A DNA stretch of 64,000 bases from Squalus acanthias (lineage: Eukaryota). The position numbers were made by a program, and so were the translations under genes. Shown here in pieces: positions 14,691-28,548 of the stretch. The notes beneath the pieces were generated by a model. It was not told where the DNA came from. It saw only the letters and a program-made list of their open reading frames with translations, and made no database searches. The stretch lies in the NCBI GenBank assembly GCA_030390025.1, contig CM059431.1, positions 159,652,001 through 159,716,000 of the forward strand. Reading direction: 5' to 3'. The stretch's first letter is position 1; the number at the start of each line of letters is the position of its first letter.

Positions 14691-15633
14691 TTAAATCCTC
14701 CCCAACAGCACTAGCAAACACTCCACTAGGACAGCTGTCCCGGCCCTGCCCAGGTGCAGACCGTCCGGTTTGTACTGGTCCCACCTCCCCCAGAACCGGT
14801 TCCAATGTCCCAGGAATTTGAATCCCTCCCCCTTGCACCATTCCTCTAGACACGTATTCATTTGAAATATCCTCCTATTTCTACTCTGACTAGCACGTGG
14901 CACTGGTAGCAATCCTGAGATTACTACCTTTGAGGTCCTACTTTTTTAATTTACCTCCTAACTCCCTATATTCTGCTTTTAGGACCTCATCCCCTTTTTT
15001 ACCTATATCGTTGGTGCCTATGTGCACCACGACAGCTGGCTGTTCGCCCTCCCCCTCCAAAATGTTCTGTAGCCGCTCCGAGACGTCCTTGACCCTTGCA
15101 CCAGGGAGGCAACACACCATCCTGCAGTCTCGGTTGCGGCCGCAGAAACGCCTATCTATTCCCCTTACAATTGAGTCCCCTATCACTATAGCTCTTCCAT
15201 TCTTTTTCCTCCCAGCCTGTGCAGCAGAGCCGCCCATGGTGCCAGGAATTTGGCTGCTGCTGCCTTCCCCTAAGTCATCCCCCCCAACAGTATCCAAAGC
15301 GGTATATCTGTTTGAGAGGGGGATGGCCACAGGGGACCCCTGCACTACCTGCCTGCACCTCCTACTCTGCCTGGTGGTCATCCATTCCCTTCCTGCCTGT
15401 ACACACTTCACCTGCGGTGTGACCAACTCACTAAACGTGCTATCCACGAGGTTCTCAGCATCGCGAATGCTCCAATATGCATCCAGCCGCAGCTCCAGCG
15501 CCGCAATGCGGGCTGTCAGTAGCTGAAGCTGGAAACACTTCCCGCACACATGGTCGTCAGGGACACTGGAAGGGTCCCTGATTTCCCACATAGAGCAGAA
15601 GGAGCACAACACGGGGCTGGGCTGTCCTGCCAT
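14691..15633 (-). pseudogene. CR1 ORF1 (N-terminal CxxC zinc/coiled-coil + SGNH/GDSL esterase), interrupted near 14938
   Basis: CSFC...CGKC, VIGDSIVR, HIGTNDI and DGLHL motifs. Confidence 0.9.
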
Positions 15634-18600
15634 GAATTACCCTTTAATTAATTGAACTTTAATTAAATCAAATCAATACCACCAATTTCACTCAATTAAA
15701 TGAATTATTCAAGGGCCCTTGGTTACTAGCACTAGAAATTATAATCACAAAATTAAGATCTTCGAAACTTTATAAACTATGAACCTTAACTATCAAACTA
15801 TAAAGTAGTATAAATACTAACCGGCCGTACTCACCCAATCAGTCGCTCCCTCCTCCCCACGTCACGTTTTGAATCGTAACGTGGCTCTGGAAGTCCGCCG
15901 CCGTTCTGAGATTGGTAAACCTCTGCAAACTAAAGCCCGCATATACTGTAAGTGTAGGGGAAACACTACTACTGGAGGAGATGGTCACATGTAGAGTAAC
16001 TGTAGGGAACCACTATTACAGGAGGAGCAAGGTCACATATAATGTAAGTGTAGGGAACCACTAGTACTGGAGGAGATGGTCACATGTAGAGTAACTGTAG
16101 GGAACCACTAGTACTGGAGGAGTATGGTCACATATAATGTAAGTGTAGGGAACCACTAGTACTGGAGAAGCATGGTCAAATATAGAGTACGTGTAGGGAA
16201 CCATTAGTACTGGAGGAGCTGGTCACATATAGTGTAAGTGTAGGGAACCATTAGTACTGGAGGACATGGTAACATATAGTGTCAGTGTAGGGAACCACTA
16301 GTACTGGAGGAGCATTGTCACATATAGTGTAAGTGTAGGGAACCAACAGTACTGGAATAGCAGGATCACATGTAGCGTAAGTGTAGGGAACCACAAGTAA
16401 TGGAGGAGCATGGACACATATAGTGTAAGTGTAGGGAACCACTAGTACTGGAGGAGCACGGTCACATATAGAGTGAGTGTAGGGAACCACCAGTACTGGA
16501 GGAGCACGGTCACATATAGAGTAAGTGTAGGGAATCACTAGTACTGGAGGAGCACGGTCACATATAGAGTAAGTGTAGGGAACCACTAGTACTGGAGGAG
16601 GAGGATCACATAGAGAGTAAGTTTAGGGAAACACTAGTACTGGAGGAGCACGGTCCCATATAGAGTAAGTTTAGGGATCCTCTAGTACTGGAAGAGCATG
16701 GTCTCATTTCGAGTAAGTGTAGGGAACCATTAGTACTGGTGGAGCATTATCAAAAATAGAGTAAGTGTGGGGTACCACCAGTACTGGAGGAGCACGGTTA
16801 CATATAGTGTAAGTTGAGGGAACCATTAGTGCAGGAGGAGCTGGTCAGATATAGTGTAAGTGTAGGGAACCAATAGTACTAGAGTAACATGTTCACATGT
16901 AGAGTAAGTGTAGGGAAACACTACTACTAGAGGAGCTTGTCTCATATAGTGTAAGTGTAGGGAACCACTAGTACTGGAGGGGCATGCTCACATACAGTGT
17001 AAGTGTAGGGAAACCCTAGTACTGGAAGAGCAAGGTCACTTATCCTGTAAGTGTGGGGAACCACTAGTACTGGAAGAGCTGTTCACATATTGAGTAAGTG
17101 TAGGGATCCACGAGTACTGGGGGGGCATGATCACATTTCGTGTAAAAGTTGGGAACCACTAGTACTTTTGGAGCATGGTCACATATATTGTAAGTGTAGG
17201 GAACCACTAGTACTGGATTAGCACGGTCACATATAGTGTAAGTGGAGGGAACCATTAGTAGTAGAGGAGCATTGTCACATATCGAGTAAGTGTAGGGAAC
17301 CACTAGCAGTGGAGGAGCATGTTCTCACATAGTGAAAGCGTAGGGAACCATTAGTACTAGAGGCGCATGGTCACATATGGTGTAAGTGTGGGGAACCATT
17401 AGTACAGGAGGAGATGGTAAGATATAGTGTAAGTGTAGGGAACCACTCGTACTGGAGGAACATGTTTACATGTAGAGTAAGTGTAGGGAAACAATACTAC
17501 TAGAGGAGCTGGTCTCATACAGTGTTAGTGTAGGGAACCACTAGTACTGGAGGAGCATGGTCGCATATCGTGTGATTGTAGGGACCCATTACTACTGGAG
17601 GAGCAGGGTAACATATGGTGTAAGTGTAGGGAAACACTAGTGCTGGAGGAGGACGGTAACATATAGTGTAAGTGCATGGAACCATTAGTACTGGAAGAGC
17701 AGGTTCACATTTCGTGTAAGTGTAGCGTACAACTAGTACTGGAGGAGAATGGTCACATATAGTGTAAGTGTAGGGAACCACTAGTACTGGAGGAGCACGA
17801 TCACATATAGAGTAAGTGTAGGGAACCATTAATACTGGAGGACATGGTAACATATAGTGTAAGTGTAGGGAACCACTAGTAAAGGAGGAGAATGGTAACA
17901 TATAGAGTAAGTGTAGGGAACTACTAGTACTGGAGGAGGACGGTCACATATAGTGTATGTGTAGGGAACTACTAGTACTGGAGGAGCAGGGTCACATATT
18001 GCGTAAGTGTAGGGAACCACTAGTACTGGAGGAGCAGGGTCACATATTGCGTAAGTGTAGGGAACCACTAGTACTGGTGGAGCACGGTCACATATAGAGT
18101 AAGTGTAGGGAACTACTAGTACTGGAGGAGGACGGTCACATATAGTGTATGTGTATGGAACCACCAGTACTGGAAGAGCATGATCACATATAGTGTAAGT
18201 GTAGGGAACCACTAGTACTGGAGGAGCATGTTCATATATAGAGTAAGTGTAGGGAACCACTAGTACTGGAAGAGCATGATCACATATAGTATAAGTGTGG
18301 GGAACCACTAGTACTGGAGGAGCATGGTCATATATAGTGTAAGTGTGGGGAACCACTAGTACTGGAGGAGCATGGCCATATATAGTGTAAGTGTAGGGAA
18401 CCACTAGTACTGGAGGCGCACGATCACATATAGAGAAATGTAGGGAACCACTAGTAGTGGAGAAGCGTGGTCACATATAGAGTAAGTGTAGGGAACCACT
18501 AGTACTGGAGAAGCGTGGTCACATATAGTGTAAGTGTAGGGAACCATTAGTACTGGAGAAGCATGGTCACATATAGTGTAAGTGTAGGGAACCATTAGTA

Positions 18601-18664
18601 CTGGAGGAGCATGATCACATATAGAGTAAGTGTAGGAAACCACTAGTACTGGATCAGCATGGTC

Positions 18665-19828
18665 CTACGGACGCTGAAAAACGCCCTCATAAGAACGGGA
18701 TATGAAGCTCGACTCATCGATCGACAGTTCCGACGGGCCACAGCGAAAAATCGCATAGACCTCCTCAGAAGGCAAACACGGGACACAAGCAACAGGGTAC
18801 CCTACGTCGTCCAGTACTTCCCCGGAGCAGAGAAACTACGCCATGTACTTCGCAGCCTCCATCATGTCATCGATGACGACGAACACCTCGCTAAGGCCAT
18901 CCCCACGCCTCCACTACTTGCCTTCAAACAGCCGCCTAACCTCAGAAGTACCATCGTTCGCAGCAAATTACCCAGCTTTCAGGATAACAGCGACCACGAC
19001 ACCACACAACCCTGCCACGGCAACCTCTGCAAGACATGCCAGATCATCAACACAGATACCATCATCACACGTGAGGACACTACCCACCAGGTACATGGTA
19101 CATACTCATGTGACTCGACAACGTTGTCTACCTCATACGTTGCAGGAAAGAATGCACCACGGCATGGTACATCGGCGAGACCATGCAGACACTGAGACAA
19201 TGTATGAACGGACACCGCACAACAATCACCAGGCAGGAGTGTTCCCTCCCAGTCGGGGAACACTTCAGCAGTCAAGGACATTCAGCCTCGGATCTGCGGG
19301 TCAGCGTTCTCCAAGGCGGCCTTAGAAACACACGACAACGCAAAATCATCGAGCAGAAACTGATAGCCAAGTTTCGCACTCATGAGGACGGCCATAACCG
19401 GGATCTTGGGTTTATGTCACGATACATGACGTGATCCAGACTCGAGTCGTCGTTGGCTTGTTAACAGATGAGATTCCCAGTAAAAAAGTAAATTTTTTTA
19501 AAGTTTATCGTTTCCCATACTGCGGCTTTTGACACATTGGACCCCCTGTGGCTCCACCTCATTGTCTCCGTTGTATCTTGCTATCTCTTTGATGTGGTAC
19601 TTTCCTGGCTGACCTGATTGCCTTTTGTCACACCTCGGCAGATAAACAGTCAGAATGATTTAAATGTAGTCGTCTGCTTTTGTAAGTAACACATGCATTG
19701 TTCTCTATCTATATATGCTTTGCGATTCTGTATCTCTTTACTTCACCTGAGGAAGGGGCCACGTAAGCTCCGAAAGCTTGTGATTTCAAATAAAACTGTT
19801 GGACTATAACCTGGTGTTGTGCGACTTC
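18665..19828 (+). mobile_element. 5'-truncated Penelope-like retroelement (Neptune-like): end of RT, Cys-rich linker, GIY-YIG endonuclease, 3' pLTR with hammerhead motif
   Basis: KQPPNLR, PCHGNLCKTC, (N)VVYLIRC..C...YIGETMQTL..MNGHR, VGEHF, EQKLI..F.T..DGHN motifs; 1-bp frameshift near 19118; stop at 19434. Confidence 0.9.
19743..19783 (+). ncRNA. Minimal type-I hammerhead ribozyme motif in the PLE 3' pLTR
   Basis: UCAC-CUGAGGA-A-GGGGC[loop]GCUCC-GAAAGCUU-GUGA: catalytic core CUGANGA/GAAA, stem I UCAC/GUGA, stem II, and palindromic AAGCUU in place of stem III. Confidence 0.75.
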
Positions 19829-22800
19829 ACATATAGAGTAAGTGTAGGGAACCACTAGTACTGGAGGAGCACGGTCACATATAGAGTAAGTGTAGGGAAC
19901 CACTAGTACTGGAGGAGCACGGTCACATATAGAGTAAGTGTAGGCAACCACTAGTACTGGAGGAGCAATTTCACATATAGTGTAAGTGTAGGGAACCACT
20001 AGTACTGGAGGAGCACGGTCACATATAGAGTACGTGTAGGGAACGACTAATACTGGAGGAGCATGGTCACATGTAGAGTAAGTGTAGGGAAACAATACTA
20101 CTAGAGGAGCTGGTCACATATAGTGTAAGTGTAGGGAACCATTAGTACTGGAGGAGCACGGTCACATATAGTGTAAGTGTAGGGAACCATTAGTACTGGA
20201 GGAGCATGCTCACATATAGTGTAATTGTAAGGAACCATTAGTACTGGAGGAGCAGGGTCACATATTGTGTAAGTGTAGGGAACTACTAGTACTGGAGGAG
20301 CAATTTCACATATAGTGAAAGTGTAGGGAACCATTCGTACTGGAGGAGCATTGTCACATATAGAGTAAGTGCAGGAAACCATTCGTACTGGAGGAGCACG
20401 GTCACATTTAGTGTGAGTTTAGGGGAACCACATGTACTGGAGGTGCATGGTCACATATAATGTAAGTGTAGGGAACCACTAGTACTGGAGGAGCTGGTCA
20501 CATATAGTGTAAGTGTAGGGAACCATTAGTCCTGGAGGACATAGTAACATATAGTGTCAGTGTAGGGAACCATTAGTACTGGAGGAGCATTGTCACATAT
20601 AGAGTAAGTGTAGGGAACCACTAGTACTGGAAGAGCAGGATCACATATAGTGTAAGTGTAGGGAACCATTAGTACTGGAGGCGCATGGTCACATCTAGTG
20701 TAAGTTTAGGGAATCACTAGTACTGAAGGAGCTGGTCACATATAGAGTAAGTTTAGGGAATCACTAGTACTGAAGGAGCTGGTCACATATAGAGTAAGTT
20801 TAGGGAACCACTAGTACTGGAAGAGCATGGTCTCATATAGAGTAAGTGAAGGGATCCAATAGTACTGGAAGAGCATGGTCTCATATACAGTAAGTGTAGG
20901 GAACCATTAGTACTGGAGGTGCGTTATCACAAATAGAGTAAGTGTAGGGAACCACTGGTACTGCAGTAGCACGGTCACAAATAGAGTAACTGTAGGGCAC
21001 CACTTTTACTGGAGGAGCTGGTCACATATAGTGTAAGTGTGGGGTACCACCAGTACTGGAGGAGCTGGTCACATATAGTGTAAGTGTAGGGTACCACCAG
21101 TACTGGAGGAGCACGGTTACATATAGTGTAAGTTGAGGGAACAATTAGTAATGGAGGAGCAGGGTCACATATAGTGTAAGTGTAGGGAACCATTAGTGCA
21201 GGAGGAACATGTTCACATATAGAGTAAGTGTAGGGAAATAATACTACTAGAGGAGCTGGTCACATATAGTGTAAGTGTAGGGAACCATTAGTACTGGAGG
21301 AGCAGGGTCACATATTGTGTAAGTGTAGGGAACTACTAGTACTGGAGGAGCAATGTCACATATAGTGTAAGTGTAGGGAACCACTAGTACTGGAGGAGCT
21401 GGTCACATGTAGAGTAAGTGGAGGGAACCACTATTACAGGAGGAGCTGGTCACATCTAGTGTAAGTGTAGGGAAGCATTATTACTGGAGGAGCACGGTCA
21501 CATATAGTGTAAGTGTATGGAACCACTAGTACTGGGGGGCATGCGCACATACAGTGTAAGTGTAGGGAAAAACAAGCAATGGAGGAGCACGGTCACATAT
21601 AGTGTAAGTGTGGGGAACCAGTAGTACTGCAGGAGCACGGTAACATATAGTGTAAGTGCATGGAACCATTAGTACTGGAAGAGCAGGTTCACATTTAATT
21701 TAAGTGTAGGGAACCGCTAGTACAGGACGAGCATGGTCACATATAGTGTTAGTGTGGGGAACCACTAGTACTGGAGGAGCATGTTCTCACATAGTGAAAG
21801 TGCAGGGAACCATTAGTACTAGAGGAGCATTTCACATATCGAGTAAGTGTAGGGAACCACTAGTACTGGAGGAGCATGGACACATATAGAGTAAGTGTAG
21901 GGAACCTTTCGTACTGGAGGAGCACGGTCACATATAGAGTAAGTGGCTGGAACCATTCGTACTGGAGGAGCACGGTCACATATAGAGTAAGTGTAGGGAA
22001 CCACTAGTACTGGAGGAGCACGGTCACATATAGAGTAAGTGCAGGGAACCACCAGTACTGGAGGAGCAAGGTCACATATAGTGTGAGTTTAGCAGAACCA
22101 CTAGTACTGGAGGAGCATGATCACATATAGAGTAAGTGTAGGGAACAAATAGTACAGGAGCAGCTGGTCACATATAGTGTAAGTGTAGGGAACCACTAGT
22201 ACTGGAAAAGCAGGATCACATATAGTGTAAGTGTAGGGAACCACTAGTAATGGAGGAGCATGGTCCCATATAGAGTAAGTGTAGGGAATCACTAGTACTG
22301 GAGGAGCATGGTCATATATAGTGTAAGTGTGGGGAACCACTAGTACTGGAGGAGCATGGTCATATATAGAGTAAGTGTAGGGAACCACTAGTACTGTAGG
22401 AGCACGGTCACATATAGTGTGAATGTAGGGATCCACTAGTACTGGGGGGGTTTGGTCACATATTGAGCAAGTGTAGGGAACCACTAGTAATGGAGGTGCA
22501 CGGTCACATATTGTGTAAGTGTAGGGAACCATTAGTACTGGAGGAGCATTATAACAAATAGAGTAAGTGTAGGGAACCATTAGTACTGGAGGAGCACGGT
22601 CACATATAGAGTAAGTGTATGGAACCACTAGTAATGGAGGTGCACGGTCACATATTGTGTAAGTGTAGGGAACCATTAGTACTGGAGGAGCATTATAACA
22701 AATAGAGTAAGTGTAGGGAACCATTAGTACTGGAGGAGCACGGTCACATATAGAGTAAGTGTATGGAACCACTAGTAATGGAGGTGCACGGTCACATATT

Positions 22801-25800
22801 GTGTAAGTGTAGGGAACCATTAGTACTGGAGGAGCATTATAACAAATAGAGTAAGTGTAGGGAACCACCTGTACTGGAGGAGCACGGTCACAGATAGAGT
22901 AAGTGTAGGGAACCATTAGTACTGGAGGAGCATTATAACAAATAGAGTAAGTGTAGGGAACCACTAGTACTGGAGGAGCACGGTCACATATAGAGTAAGT
23001 GTATGGAACCACTAGTAATGGAGGTGCACGGTCACATATTGTGTAAGTGTGGGGAACCATTAGTACAGGAGGAGCTGGTCAGATATAGTATAAGTGTAGG
23101 GAACCACTTTACTGGAGGAGCACGGTCACACATAGAGTAAGTGTAGGGAACCAATAGTACTGGAGCAGCTGGTCACATATAGAGTAAGTGTAGGGAACCA
23201 TTAGTACTGGAAGACATGGTAACATATATTGTCAGTGTAGGGAACCACTAGCACTGGAATAGCTGGTAACATATAGTGTAAGTGTAGGGAACCACTAGTA
23301 CTGGAAGAGCAGGATCACATGTAGTGTAAGTGTAGGGAACCATTAGTACTGAAGGAGCACGGTCACATACAGTGTCAGTGTAGGGAACCATAAGTACTGG
23401 AGGAGCACGGTCTCATATAGAGTAAGTGTAGGGAACCATAAGTACTGGAGGAGCACGGTCACATATAGAGTAAGTGTAGGGAACCATAAGTACTGGAGGA
23501 GCACGGTCTCATATAGAGTAAGTGTAGGGAACCATAAGTACTGGAGGAGCACGGCCACATATAGTGTAAGTGTAGGGAACTACTAGTACAGGAGGAGCAA
23601 TTTCACATCTAGTGTAAGTGTAGGGAACCACTAGTACTGGAGGAACATGTTCACATGTAGAGTAAGTGCAGGAAACCATTCGTACTGGAGGAGCACGGTC
23701 ACATACAGTGTAAGTGTAGGGAACGAATAATACTAGAGGAGCTGGTCACATATAGTGTAAGTGTAGGGAACCATTAGTACTGGAGGAGCATGCTCACATA
23801 TAGTGTAATTGTAAGGAACCATTAGTACTGGAGGAGCAGGGTCACATATTGTGTAAGTGTAGGGAACTACTAGTACTGGAGGAGCAATTTCACATCTAGT
23901 GTAAGTGTAGGGAACCACTAGTACTGGAGGAACATGTTCACATGTAGAGTAAGTGTACGGAAACAATACTACTAGAGGAGCTGGTCACATATAGTGTAAG
24001 TGTAGGGAACCATTAGTACTGGAGGAGCATGCTCACATATAGTGTAATTGTAAGGAACCATTAGTACTGGAGGAGCACGGTCACATATAGTGAAAGTGTA
24101 GGGAACCATTCGTACTGGAGGAGCATTGTCACATATAGAGTAAGTGCAGGAAACCATTCGTACTGGAGGAGCATTGTCACATATAGAGTAAGTGCAGGAA
24201 ACCATTCGTACTGGAGGAGCATTGTCACATATAGAGTAAGTGCAGGAAACCATTCGTACTGGAGGAGCACGGTCACATTTAGTGTGAGTTTAGGGGAACC
24301 ACATGTATTGGAGGTGCATGGTCACATATAATGTAAGTGTAGGGAACCACTAGTACTGGAGGAGCTGGTCACATATAGTGTAAGTGTAGGGAACCATTAG
24401 TCCTGGAGGACATAGTAACATATAGTGTCAGTGTAGGGAACCATTAGTACTGGAGGAGCATTGTCACATATAGAGTAAGTGTAGGGAACCACTAGTACTG
24501 GAAGAGCAGGATCACATATAGTGTAAGTGTAGGGAACCATTAGTACTGGAGGCGCATGGTCACATCTAGTGTAAGTTTAGGGAATCACTAGTACTGAAGG
24601 AGCTGGTCACATATAGAGTAAGTTTAGGGAATCACTAGTACTGAAGGAGCTGGTCACATATAGAGTAAGTTTAGGGAACCACTAGTACTGGAAGAGCATG
24701 GTCTCATATAGAGTAAGTGAAGGGATCCAATAGTACTGGAAGAGCATGGTCTCATATACAGTAAGTGTAGGGAACCATTAGTACTGGAGGTGCGTTATCA
24801 CAAATAGAGTAAGTGTAGGGAACCACTGGTACTGCAGTAGCACGGTCACAAATAGAGTAACTGTAGGGCACCACTTTTACTGGAGGAGCTGGTCACATAT
24901 AGTGTAAGTGTGGGGTACCACCAGTACTGGAGGAGCACGGTTACATATAGTGTAAGTTGAGGGAACAATTAGTAATGGAGGAGCAGGGTCACATATTGTG
25001 TAAGGGTAGGGAACCATTAGTGCAGGAGGAACATGTTCACATATAGAGTAAGTGTAGGGAAATAATACTACTAGAGGAGCTGGTCACATATAGTGTAAGT
25101 GTAGGGAACCACTAGTACTGGAGGAACATGTTCACATATAGAGTAAGTGTAGGGAAATAATACTACTAGAGGAGCTGGTCACATATAGTGTAAGTGTAGG
25201 GAACCACTAGTACTGGAGGAACATGTTCACATATAGAGTAAGTGTAGGGAAATAATACTACTAGAGGAGCTGGTCACATATAGTGTAAGTGTAGGGAACC
25301 ATTAGTACTGGAGGAGCAATTTCACATATAGAATAAGTGTAGGGAATCACTAGTACTGGGGAGCACGCTCACATACAGTGTAAGTGTGGGGAAACACTAG
25401 CACTGGGGGGGCATGCTCACATACAGTGTAAGTGTAGGGAAAAACAAGTAATGGAGGAGCACGGTCACATATAGTGTAAGTGTGGGGAACCACTAGTGCT
25501 GGAGGAGCACGGTCACATATAGTGTAAGTGTGGGGAACCACTAGTGCTGGAGGAGCACGGTCACATATAGTGTAAGTGAATGGAAACATTAGTACTAGAA
25601 GAGCAGGTTCACATTTAATTTAAGTGTAGCGAACCACTAGTACTGGAGGAGCATGTTCTCGCATAGTGAAAGTGTAGGGAACCATTAGTACTAGAGAAGC
25701 ATTGTCACATATCGAGTAAGTTTAGCGGAACCACCTGCACTGGAGGAGCATGATCACATATAGTGTAAGTGTAGGGAACAAATAGTACTGGAGGAGCTGG

Positions 25801-26769
25801 TCTCATGTCGAATAAGTGTAGGGAACCACTAGTACTGGAGGAGCTGGTCACATACAGTGTAAGTCTAGGGAACCATTAGTACTGGAGGACATGGTAGGAT
25901 ATAGTGTCAGTGTAGGGAACCACAAGCACTGGAAGAGCAGGATCACATATATTGTAAGTGTAGGGAATCACTGGTACTGGGGGGCATGCTCACATACAGT
26001 GTAAGTGTAGGGAAAAACAAGCAATGGAGGAGCACGGTCACATATAGTGTAAGTGTAGGGAAAAACAAGTAATGGAGGAGCACGGTCACATATAGTGTAA
26101 GTGTGGGGAACCAGTAGTACTGCAGGAGCACGGTAACATATAGTGTAAGTGCATGGAACCATTAGTACTGGAAGAGCAGGTTCACATTTAATTTAAGTGT
26201 AGGGAATCACTAGTACAGGACGAGCATGGTCACATATAGTGTTAGTGTGGGGAACCACTAGTACTGGAGGAGCATGTTCTCACATAGTGAAAGTGCAGGG
26301 AACCATTAGTACTAGAGGAGCATTTCACATATCGAGTAAGTGTAGGGAACCACTAGTACTGGAGGAGCATGGACACATATAGAGTAAGTGTAGGGAACCT
26401 TTCGTACTGGAGGAGCACGGTCACATATAGAGTAAGTGTAGGGAACCACTAGTACTGGTGGAGCAGGATCACATATAGTGTAAGTGTAGGGAACCACTAG
26501 TACTGGAAAAGCAGGATCACATATAGTGTAAGTGTAGGGAACCACTAGTACTGGTGGAGCAGGATCACATATAGTGTAAGTGTAGGGAACCACTAGTACT
26601 GGAAGACATGGTAACATATAGAGTAAGTGTAGGGAACCACTAATACTGGAGGAGGACGGTCACATATAGAGTAAGTGTAGGGAACCACTAGTACTGGAGG
26701 AGCATGGTCATATATAGTGTAAGTGTAGGGAACCACTAGTAATGGAGGAGCACGGTAACATATAGTGTA

Positions 26770-26884
26770 TGATGTGGAGATGCCGGCGTTGGACTGGGGT
26801 GGACAAAAATGAGAAGTCGCACAACACCAGGTTATTAAATAAATCTGTTGGACTATAACCTGGTGTTGTGCGACTTCTCATTTT
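26770..26884. mobile_element. Short Penelope-terminus inverted-repeat insertion lacking the ribozyme segment
   Basis: GAGAAGTCGCACAACACCAGGTTAT...ATAACCTGGTGTTGTGCGACTTCTC inverted arms; imperfect TSD CATATAGTGTA/CATACAGTGTA. Confidence 0.8.
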
Positions 26885-28200
26885 CATACAGTGTAAGTAT
26901 ACGGAACCACTAGTACTGGAGGAGCACGGTCATATATAGAGTAAGTGTAAGGAACCACTAGTACTGGTGGAGCATGGTCACATATAGTGTGAATGTAGGG
27001 ATCCACTAGTACTGGGGGGGTTTGGTCACATATTGAGCAAGTGTAGGGAACCACTAGTACTGGAGGAGCACGGTCACAGATAGAGTAAGTGTAGGGAACC
27101 ATTAGTACTGGAGGAGCACGGTCACATATAGAGTAAGTGTATGGAACCACTAGTAATGGAGGTGCACGGTCACATATTGTGTAAGTGTAGGGAACCATTA
27201 GTACTGGAGGAGCATTATAACAAATAGAGTAAGTGTAGGGAACCACCTGTACTGGAGGAGCACGGTCACATATAGAGTAAGTGTAGGGAACCACTAGTAC
27301 TGGAGGAGCACGGTCACATATAGAGTAAGTGTATGGATTACTAGTAATGGAGGTGCACGGTCACATATTGTGTAAGTGTGGGGAACCATTAGTACAGGAG
27401 GAGCTGGTCAGATATAGTATAAGTGTAGGGAACCACTTTACTGGAGGAGCACGGTCACACATAGAGTAAGTGTAGGGAACCATTAGTACTGGAAGACATG
27501 GTAACATATATTGTCAGTGTAGGGAACCACTAGTACTGGAGGAGCTTGATCACATATAGAGTAAGTGTAGGGAACCACTAGCACTGGAATAGCTGGTAAC
27601 ATATAGTGTAAGTGTCGGGAACCACGAGTAATGGTGGAGAATGGTCACATGTAGAGTAAGTGTAGGAACCACTAGTACTGGAAGAGCAGGATCACATGTA
27701 GTGTCAGTGTAAGGGAACCACTAGTACTGGAGGAGCACGGTCTCATATAGAGTAAGTGTAGGGAACCACTAGTGCTGGAGGAGCACGGTCTCATATAGAG
27801 TAAGTGTAGGGAACCATAAGTACTGGAGGAGCACGGCCACATATAGTGTAAGTGTAGGGAACTACTAGTACAGGAGGAGCACGGTCACATATAGAGTAAG
27901 TGTAGGGAACCACTAGTAATGGAGGAGCATGGCCACATATAGTGTAAGTGTAGGGAACTACTAGTACAGGAGGAGCATGGCCACATATAGTGTAAGTGTA
28001 GGGAACCACTAGTACTGGAGGAGCAATTTTGAAGAATTTTTTTTTGATTTTTTTTTTAAACTGTCCAGTAGCCATTTCACTAATTTTCTCAAATGAAAGT
28101 GTCAGACAAAATGCAACTTAACTGATTCTATTTGTTAAATGACTGTAACTAATGCTAATGATGTTGTAACCTGACTGACTCACTGGAGGATTGATGTGAG

Positions 28201-28208
28201 TATAAATA
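28201..28208 (+). promoter_or_regulatory. Putative TATA box of the GPCR gene
   Basis: TATAAATA about 87 bp upstream of the ATG at 28288. Confidence 0.5.
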
Positions 28209-28287
28209 TAGGTTCCCTTTCTTCTCCTCTGCCGTGCGCTGGTCAGAGTCTGTCATCTCCGACAGAATTCTCGCATTCTCACGGAAA

Positions 28288-28357
28288 ATGAGCCGACCAA
28301 CTATTCTGCAGATAAAGGAGATTTACTACCCGATTCTCGCGGCCGTCGGTGTCCCGG
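28288..28357 (+). CDS. Exon 1 of a class A GPCR (GPR139/GPR142-like): MSRPTILQIKEIYYPILAAVGVP
   Basis: ATG in AAAATG context, TM1-like YYPILAAVGVP, donor G|GTGAGC; the phase-1 intron joins in frame to exon 2 (G+CG = Ala, giving ANLVTIVIL). Confidence 0.85.
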
Positions 28358-28548
28358 GTGAGCCATTGTGACCTGTTTGTTGTTAATAGGTGTTAACTGT
28401 CTCCCTTTTCACACAGCCTGTTGGATAAGGTAACGAGTTTCCCCGGATGTCAGCATTATATAGTCGGCATTTACGGGAAAAATATGGGGAACCGCGTGTC
28501 CTCACTCCCCCCTTCCCTTTAATCATATAAACTCACTGATGTGACAAT

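Larger units (their letters stand above)
11547..15939 (-). mobile_element. Near full-length CR1 LINE inserted in the satellite
   Basis: (TTCTTATG)n-type 3' tail, ORF2 APE+RT fragments, ORF1 with SGNH esterase, 5' UTR, and CATATA TSD (11541-11546 / 15940-15945). Confidence 0.93.
7880..28030. repeat. Large tandem satellite array, 48-bp unit B (AGTACTGGAGGAGCACGGTCACATATAGTGTAAGTGTAGGGAACCACT) with 46/47-bp variants, interrupted by TEs
   Basis: Unit read directly; 16-aa periodicity VLVVPYTYTICDRAPP on the minus strand; multi-kb internal duplications. Confidence 0.95.

Noticed and set aside
1..28030. CRISPR-like array
   Set aside because: Units are contiguous with no unique spacers, there are no cas genes, and the context is eukaryotic.
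157..28075. Many minus-strand ORFs with repeated peptides (VLVVPYTRCNSSP, VLVVPYTYTICDRAPP, up to 319 aa) as a repetitive protein gene
   Set aside because: By-product of 39/48-bp units with one stop-free frame; frames are constantly broken by 46/47/49-bp units, stops and TE insertions, and there are no unique exons.
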